Source of the DNA: a virus
IMG/VR virus record: IMGVR_UViG_3300008266_000033
Span: 32,001 to 96,000 of that record
Length of the DNA stretch: 64,000 bases
Strand: one strand, 5' to 3'
Numbering within the stretch: the first letter of the stretch is position 1; each line of letters starts with the position of its first letter. Position numbers and translations under genes: made by a program. This document shows positions 57,895 to 64,000 of this stretch, piece after piece. Below the pieces are notes generated by a model. It saw only the letters and a program-made list of their open reading frames with translations. It was not told the DNA's origin and did no database searches.

Positions 57895-60411
57895 TTATAA
57901 TATTGTTTTTAATTTTGGAACATCTTTTCTTTCAGCAAATATTTGATAATGGAAATTAGGAGTTAATGTATTTGATCCTATAATAACTTTATTATCTATG
58001 ATATCTAATATATGAAGATTTTGATATTCTCCAACACTAGTTAAATTAACTGTTATTGTATCTTGATCTATTAACCAACTCCATTCCTCAGGTAATTCAA
58101 TTATGTGAGAATTTGATTTACCTCTTACAAACACACTATGTTCTGGTCCTTCGGTTACACCATATTGTAGATATTTACCTTCTTGTGTTTTATGGGGTAC
58201 AATAAATGATTTTGTTGTAGCACCGAATGAACCTGATACTTCTAATGTATATTCAGGAGTAATTTTATTTATACCTAATCTATTAGTACTAATATCCCAA
58301 AATACTCCTATCTGATTACTTGCTGAAACAGGATATAATGATTGAGAGGTACTTCCTGAATAAAAAGATAAATATCCTGTAGGTCCTGGATTGATATAAC
58401 TTGGTATATTAATAGAGGCTGTTACTGGATCTGCTGAGTAGGTAACTGATACTCCAGATCCTGTAAATTCTATCATTCTGGAACTGGTTATATTAGAACC
58501 GGATTTAACTTTTACTCGTTGATATTCATCACTAGATGTATAATATAATTGTCCTGTAGTTGGATTATATGTTATTATATTTGAGATTGATGATGTTGTG
58601 GCCAATCCTGTGAAAAACACAGAACTGGTTGTATATAACGATGAAGAAAATACTGCCCCAGAAGACGATAATATATAAGTTCCTCCTGAGTTGCTAACTA
58701 TTAAACTTCCTGTTAATTGTACTTGATTTGAGGAAGATATAAAATTAAATGTTGTTGCACCAGCAGGTGATGAACCACTATTATATTGAATATTTCCATT
58801 AACTCCTGCAGTGCCTGGTATATGGATAGATGCTGTGTTTGTATTTACTTGAGTTGGAACAACTCCACTTCCTGAAAATAAAAACGATGAAGCGGTTGGA
58901 ACTAATGAATTATTAGAGGTACTTTGAACTGAAGGTAAACCTGAAGGAGAAGATATAGTAATAGTTGCTGTTCCTGAAGAGGTAGCAACTGTTGCTCCTA
59001 CAAAATTAATAGTTGTATTTGAACCTTTATTAGCTCCATTATCTTGAATTATTACACCACTGGTTGCTGGGATAAAAATACTTGCTGTATTTCCAACTAC
59101 TGAAACTGTAGATACTCCTGAACCTGAGAAATTTAATAGTTTAACTATATTTGAGGAGTCAACAGCACCATCTTTAGCTACTTTCATTGTTCCATCAATA
59201 GTAGCAACATTTCCTGCCACACTAACATCTAAATTATCAGCAAAATTTAATGTAAATGCTGAACCTTCACCACTTCCTCCATCTTGGATTTGAACCCCTC
59301 CTAAAATACTACTAGAAACTGATATAGTTGCAACTCCTCCTACTACACTAGCAGTAATAAAATCAGTAAAATTTAAAGTAACTGCTTGATTGGTAACACC
59401 CCCATCATCTTGAACTCCAACAGTACCATTTATTCTAATATTAGGAGTATAATTTATATAATCAATTTCAATATTAGAATTTCCAGTTAAAGGAACATAT
59501 GAAGCGGTAAGTGCTCTAGAAGCAGTACTTGCAAAAGAAGCTGTTCCAAATAATGATCCACTGAATGAGCCAGTAAATGAACCTGTTGCTATTGTATTAA
59601 ATAAAGTTGTTTGTCCACCTGATACTATTAAACTTCCAGTAATTGTTTGATTTCCATTAAATTGATTAGAGGATGTAGTGGCAAATGCCCCAGTTTGTGC
59701 AACTAACAAATATGGAGACAACATTGAAGATGTTTGAGCTATAAGTAGATATCCACTTAAATCTGGGGGTGTTAATGCACTAGTACTTTGGGTGTAAAAT
59801 AATTGTCCTGTAGTGTTGTCATAGGTTAAAATATAACCACCACCTACTCCTTGTGTTAAACCTGGAAGATTTGTTGAACCCGTAACAGTTAAATTACCTG
59901 AGATGATCTGGTTTCCTCTAAAAATATTAGAAGCAGTTGTAGCAAATGCCCCAGTTTGAGCTATCAATAGATAAGGAGCTAACATCGAAGATGTTTGAGC
60001 TATCAATAGATAAGGCCCCAACATTGATGCTGTTTGATTTACTAATAAGTAATTTCCTAATAATCCTGCGCTTGAAGTAGTATAAATTTTGCCAGTTGAT
60101 GAATCGTATGTTACAAAATTAGTTGCTGTAGCAGAAGTACCTAAACTATCTATTATTAATTCAGCTGAGCTTCCTGAAAGTAAAAATGTATTATTATTAA
60201 ATTGTTTTCCATTTACAACTAATTTATATACAGGAGATGGATTGATAGTATTAATACCAACATTTCTAGAGGCACTAACATATAAAATTCCTAACCCTGC
60301 ATTAATATCATAACCAGTAGTCCCGCTTAAACCATCAATAATTCTATAAACGTGTTCATCATAAATTATCTGACCATCGACAATACCACCAGAAGGAATA
60401 TAATTTGGCAT
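57895..60411 (-). CDS. Long tail fibre protein with C-terminal chaperone-like domain
   Basis: RLGINK..P.YTLEVSGS, TKSFIVPH, LQYG..EGPE, RG.....I.LP..W, AERKD. Confidence 0.7.
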   Translation of the reverse strand: MPNYIPSGGIVDGQIIYDEHVYRIIDGLSGTTGYDINAGLGILYVSASRNVGINTINPSPVYKLVVNGKQFNNNTFLLSGSSAELIIDSLGTSATATNFVTYDSSTGKIYTTSSAGLLGNYLLVNQTASMLGPYLLIAQTSSMLAPYLLIAQTGAFATTASNIFRGNQIISGNLTVTGSTNLPGLTQGVGGGYILTYDNTTGQLFYTQSTSALTPPDLSGYLLIAQTSSMLSPYLLVAQTGAFATTSSNQFNGNQTITGSLIVSGGQTTLFNTIATGSFTGSFSGSLFGTASFASTASRALTASYVPLTGNSNIEIDYINYTPNIRINGTVGVQDDGGVTNQAVTLNFTDFITASVVGGVATISVSSSILGGVQIQDGGSGEGSAFTLNFADNLDVSVAGNVATIDGTMKVAKDGAVDSSNIVKLLNFSGSGVSTVSVVGNTASIFIPATSGVIIQDNGANKGSNTTINFVGATVATSSGTATITISSPSGLPSVQSTSNNSLVPTASSFLFSGSGVVPTQVNTNTASIHIPGTAGVNGNIQYNSGSSPAGATTFNFISSSNQVQLTGSLIVSNSGGTYILSSSGAVFSSSLYTTSSVFFTGLATTSSISNIITYNPTTGQLYYTSSDEYQRVKVKSGSNITSSRMIEFTGSGVSVTYSADPVTASINIPSYINPGPTGYLSFYSGSTSQSLYPVSASNQIGVFWDISTNRLGINKITPEYTLEVSGSFGATTKSFIVPHKTQEGKYLQYGVTEGPEHSVFVRGKSNSHIIELPEEWSWLIDQDTITVNLTSVGEYQNLHILDIIDNKVIIGSNTLTPNFHYQIFAERKDVPKLKTIL

Positions 60412-60435
60412 ATTTTTATTTTTTTATTATAAATA

Positions 60436-61302
60436 TTAAGATTTAATGTTTTTAATATCAGAAACCACTTCTGTTGTAAAAGTTAATTTAGATCTATTAG
60501 AGAATTTTTTAATAGAATTCAAATCTTTTTGTATTACATCAGGAATTAAATACCCAGCTAATTTAAAAGTAAAAGTACATTTAACTATCCTATCTTCAGT
60601 TTCTGAAACTTCTATAGTATCAGTAAATGAATCTATTGTAACCTTAAATTTAAAACGTTCAGGCTCACCCCAATAAGAATCTGATGCGTATTGCATCATT
60701 TCTATTAATTTATTCATCTGTTCTACATAATATGTAAACATTACACATTCATATGTTGCTGTAACAAAATCAGGAACAACAACAGCATAATATGTTTCTT
60801 CAGGAATAGTATTATTTAAAATAGAAAAATTATCATAATAATTTTTAGGAGAATATTTTTTTACTGAAACACCATAATTAATGGGATTATTAGCATCTAA
60901 TTTATTTGTAACTGTTCTATTTTTATCTAAAGATGTTCTTTTAAATACTATTAAAGGACTCATTCCTTTACCTTTTAAATCTCTATAATACCCATCTTTT
61001 TGATATGATTTCCATTTTTCAGGGGAGCCATAAATTATAGGTACAGGAATTCTTTGTTCATTTTGTAAAACAGAAGGTTTTATAATATTTTCAAAATAAT
61101 AAAATACAGCTTCATCTAAATCTTGTATATTGATACTAAAAGGTTTTGTTGTATCTCCTTTAAATGAAGTTTGTAAAGCTCTATTATTTTTGTCAGGTAC
61201 AGAATCATTAGGATTCCCTGATTCTTTATCATAAGCAGTATGTTGACCTATTGATATTTCTTTTTGAGTTTTAGGAATAGGTTTACGTCCTTGTTGTGCC
61301 AT
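60436..61302 (-). CDS. Tail terminator/sheath stabiliser (gp15-like)
   Basis: VPIIYGSPEKW, P.I...R; follows the neck genes. Confidence 0.6.
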   Translation of the reverse strand: MAQQGRKPIPKTQKEISIGQHTAYDKESGNPNDSVPDKNNRALQTSFKGDTTKPFSINIQDLDEAVFYYFENIIKPSVLQNEQRIPVPIIYGSPEKWKSYQKDGYYRDLKGKGMSPLIVFKRTSLDKNRTVTNKLDANNPINYGVSVKKYSPKNYYDNFSILNNTIPEETYYAVVVPDFVTATYECVMFTYYVEQMNKLIEMMQYASDSYWGEPERFKFKVTIDSFTDTIEVSETEDRIVKCTFTFKLAGYLIPDVIQKDLNSIKKFSNRSKLTFTTEVVSDIKNIKS

Positions 61303-61811
61303 TATAATCTAGTTTTATCAATATTATATTTATCAGCAGGAACATAATGAGTTTTACATATAATAGATACATCCCAACCAAAATTAGATAATCCTGGGTT
61401 TAATGGGTTTGTTTCATTTGGGAAATCGGGATCTTTACCTACAAATAATTGATTATTAATTATAGTATCTACTTCAAAATAACCTTCTTGATACATAATA
61501 ACATCACCAATTTCAGGGAGTACATTTGCTATTTTTAGATCATCTAATAGGAAAGCAAAATTAGCCCCCCAAATTAAATCAACACCAAACCCATTAGTTG
61601 GATAAGATTGATCATTTCTTTCAACTAAACAATTAAGTAATACTGGAGGGTTAAAATATTTATTTTGAGCAGCTTCCCCATAAATATTAGTTTTAGTTTT
61701 TTCTAAAATATATTTATAATATGCTGCTTGTTGAGTAATGATATCTCCCATTAACTCTCGGTTAATATATCTAAATACAGAAATATCTCTAGATGAGCCA
61801 AATAATGCCAT
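61302..61811 (-). CDS. Neck/head-closure protein (gp14-like)
   Basis: NIYGEA, PEIGDVI, YFEV; gene order. Confidence 0.6.
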   Translation of the reverse strand: MALFGSSRDISVFRYINRELMGDIITQQAAYYKYILEKTKTNIYGEAAQNKYFNPPVLLNCLVERNDQSYPTNGFGVDLIWGANFAFLLDDLKIANVLPEIGDVIMYQEGYFEVDTIINNQLFVGKDPDFPNETNPLNPGLSNFGWDVSIICKTHYVPADKYNIDKTRL

Positions 61812-61812
61812 A

Positions 61813-62970
61813 TTATCCTATATATATTGTTAATGGTACTTTATTTAATTCTTGAATTCTAAAGTCACTTTCATCTTTTCTTCTTTCCAATAATGCTTTA
61901 TTAGAAGTCTCATCAAGATAAGTTCTTAATCTTTCAATTAAAGCTGTTCTTTCATTAGCTGCGGCTGAAATTAAATCAGCAGCATTTAACCTAACTTCAC
62001 TATTAGGAATGGGTACATTATCGTATTTACCTCTAACATATCCTAACATTTCTTTACATAATGCTAAAGTATATTCAAAAATCCACGATCTACCAACTGA
62101 ATTTATTTGGGTATAAGTAGGATTAGTATAAGGTACATTAGATACATTAGTTATACCACTTCCACTTCCAGGATATGTAATTGAATTTAATAATCTATCT
62201 TCAGTTTTAATATATCTAAACCAAAGATTATGATGATTTCGTGGAATAGGAAATATTTTTAATCGATTATTTATAATTTCAAATGTATAATTAGATAATC
62301 GGATTTGCTCACTCATTTCTAATTGTTGTAAAACCTGCATATCATAATTTACAGGTGACATTAGAAAATTCAATGCTGGGCTAAAACTACCAAATCCAAA
62401 TGAATTAATAGCATTAGCAGCTCCAAATCCTGAACCTAATCCAGCATAAGGATCATAAAATCTAGTTAATGCAGGAGGTGCTTGATAAAATACTTGTTTT
62501 ATTTCTATAGGACTAGTAATACTTTGCGAAACAGCCCATTCATTTAAATCATATTCTTGAACTCCTGGTTGTAAATGTAATGAACCTGAATACCATGTTA
62601 CATTTCCACCAACACCAGCCTCTGCTCCATATTGTTCAGATATTTTAATTACATTGGCTAAATTAGGAGTAATTAATGCATTATTTAATGAAACTATATC
62701 TTCTGTGGGGGTACCATCTAAGGTCAAAATATTATCCCTAACTTTATAGGCATATAATTCATTACCATAAGTAGTAACAGCCATTTCAAAAGCTGTATAA
62801 AAATTTATATTCTGTAGTTCAACTTCCATTATAGGATATCCTAAACGTTGAGCACAGAATTTAGCTACTTTATCTGCATCTAATTGAAATTGGAGATCAG
62901 TATCATAAAATCCAAAAGGAGTATCTCCTATAGAAAATGAACTAGATCCAGGCCAAATAGGTTTGTTCAT
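61813..62970 (-). CDS. Neck protein (gp13-like)
   Basis: RLGYP...VEL, W...Y.LAL.KE.LG..RGKY, LNA.DL. Confidence 0.7.
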   Translation of the reverse strand: MNKPIWPGSSSFSIGDTPFGFYDTDLQFQLDADKVAKFCAQRLGYPIMEVELQNINFYTAFEMAVTTYGNELYAYKVRDNILTLDGTPTEDIVSLNNALITPNLANVIKISEQYGAEAGVGGNVTWYSGSLHLQPGVQEYDLNEWAVSQSITSPIEIKQVFYQAPPALTRFYDPYAGLGSGFGAANAINSFGFGSFSPALNFLMSPVNYDMQVLQQLEMSEQIRLSNYTFEIINNRLKIFPIPRNHHNLWFRYIKTEDRLLNSITYPGSGSGITNVSNVPYTNPTYTQINSVGRSWIFEYTLALCKEMLGYVRGKYDNVPIPNSEVRLNAADLISAAANERTALIERLRTYLDETSNKALLERRKDESDFRIQELNKVPLTIYIG

Positions 62971-62992
62971 GGCGGTTTTTGTTATAAATATG

Positions 62993-63023
62993 AAAAAAAG
63001 AAGGCTCGTCTAATTGACGAGCC
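62993..63023 (-). terminator. Intrinsic terminator
   Basis: GGCTCGTC-taatt-GACGAGCC followed by TTCTTTTTTT on the minus strand. Confidence 0.75.
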
Positions 63024-63043
63024 CTTATATAAATATATATTTT

Positions 63044-63370
63044 TTAAACTAATGAACCTGATCTCCAAGCTCCTCCTAACCAAACAAACATTTTATAACC
63101 GCCAGAACCACTTCCAAACAAAAATTGACCTTCTGAGCCATTAAATGTAGGAGCAATCCCTGATAATGAAGCTGTTGGAGTTAATAAAGCCCCAAAAACA
63201 TTATTTATAGTTAATAATCCTGAAATATCAGTAGATCCTGTAATTATTAAAGATCCTGAGGTGGTGAAAGAACCAGTTACAGCATGTGAACCAGTAAAAT
63301 ATTCAAAATTAGCATCTAATTCTTGAATTGTTAATGCTGAACCTTTGGTTTGTCTGTATGTTAGTGCCAT
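63044..63370 (-). CDS. Small structural protein
   Basis: LTYRQTKGSALTIQELDANF fibre-type N-terminal motif; late motif upstream. Confidence 0.6.
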   Translation of the reverse strand: MALTYRQTKGSALTIQELDANFEYFTGSHAVTGSFTTSGSLIITGSTDISGLLTINNVFGALLTPTASLSGIAPTFNGSEGQFLFGSGSGGYKMFVWLGGAWRSGSLV

Positions 63371-63378
63371 TTTTTTGT

Positions 63379-63387
63379 TATAAATAT
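63379..63387 (-). promoter_or_regulatory. Representative copy of the late-promoter-like motif (A)TATTTAT(A)
   Basis: Also seen near 7826, 18219, 22211, 26010, 29424, 32125, 37009, 39730, 46660, 49288, 50371, 50948, 53102, 56729, 60428, 62983 and 63894, each shortly upstream of an ATG. Confidence 0.7.
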
Positions 63388-63395
63388 TAAAGGGT

Positions 63396-63881
63396 TTATG
63401 AAGATGCTACTACATATTCAAGTTGAATGTTAGAACCAGATGCTTTTGCTTTTACAGTATCATAATAATAAAAATTAGAATAATATGTTTCATCAACATA
63501 ATTTTCAACTACATAATCATTAGTTGATGAAGCATTAAATTCAGCATTACTTAACATTAATGATTTTTTAGAATCTAATTGAAAAATTGAACTTTCATTA
63601 CCTGTAGAAATCAAGTATATTTCAGCTGATCCAGTAGAAGATAAATTAGTAATTCTTATATATTTTACTTGATCCTTTACAAAAGATCCTGCAGTTTGTT
63701 GTTCTTCACTATCTACAAATTTTAAAATTTCAATCCCTGAACCACTAAAAGTTGTTGATATAGTATCAACTCTTTTTACCATTTGATTAACGCCCGATAT
63801 TGTAACAGTATTTAAAGATGTTTCAATATTTTTATTAGGTAAAGTAATTTGTTCTGAGATGATAATTTTTAAATCAGACAT
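63396..63881 (-). CDS. Hypothetical structural protein
   Basis: 161 aa, KYIRITNL; late motif upstream. Confidence 0.55.
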   Translation of the reverse strand: MSDLKIIISEQITLPNKNIETSLNTVTISGVNQMVKRVDTISTTFSGSGIEILKFVDSEEQQTAGSFVKDQVKYIRITNLSSTGSAEIYLISTGNESSIFQLDSKKSLMLSNAEFNASSTNDYVVENYVDETYYSNFYYYDTVKAKASGSNIQLEYVVASS

Positions 63882-63909
63882 GGTGTTTTTATAATAAATA
63901 TGATAAGAA

Positions 63910-64000
63910 TTAGTCTCTATATTCCATATAGACTTTTAAAATTTCTTCTACTATTTCATGGCGATGATTAGTTTTAAGAGTCATTACTTTAACTCCTTTA
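63910..64000 (-). CDS. C-terminal end of a PhoH-like protein (partial)
   Basis: Hand-translated ...VMTLKTNHRHEIVEEILKVYMEYRD*. Confidence 0.55.
   Translation of the reverse strand, partial: KGVKVMTLKTNHRHEIVEEILKVYMEYRD

Noticed and set aside
53397-60411. Diversity-generating retroelement targeting the fibres
   Set aside because: No reverse transcriptase and no adenine-specific TR/VR pair seen in the window.
1603-60676. Plus-strand ORFs in the track (e.g. 1603, 8142, 14339, 17707, 18182, 31288, 42046, 49701, 55016, 60089, 60446)
   Set aside because: They are antisense shadows of well-supported minus-strand genes, with no recognisable motifs.
1-64000. Stop-codon reassignment
   Set aside because: Standard code 11 gives full-length, densely packed genes; the queE break is a frame change, not an in-frame stop.
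1-64000. tRNA or rRNA genes
   Set aside because: Intergenic gaps are short and AT-rich, and I recognised no cloverleaf or T-loop signature; a tRNAscan-SE run would confirm.

Overview
This 64 kb window is an AT-rich segment of a large T4-like (myovirus-type) dsDNA phage. All credible genes are on the minus strand. The host is most likely Bacteroidota, based on Q-rule signal peptides, a T9SS type B sorting domain, no Shine-Dalgarno motifs and Bacteroidota-like promoters. In transcription order (right to left) the window holds: a PhoH C-terminus; neck, tail terminator, tail fibre, sheath, tube, chaperone, tape measure and baseplate genes; a replication and nucleotide block (thumbless family A polymerase, SSB, RecA/UvsX, 5'-3' exonuclease, helicase, NrdAB); a 7-deazaguanine cluster (TGT/DpdA-like, queC, queD, internally deleted queE, folE) with two free-standing homing endonucleases; a three-gene secreted/T9SS module coupled to the endolysin; PolB, clamp, GroES/EL and clamp loader; and a glycosylation cluster that includes NadE. 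The most unusual signals are the phage-borne T9SS/Ig-like module, a pervasive [S/T]GS motif in virion proteins alongside many glycosyltransferases, the thumbless PolA with altered motifs, and codon-anomalous hairpin-rich patches inside CDSs. All calls come from motif recognition by eye; no searches or computations were run.
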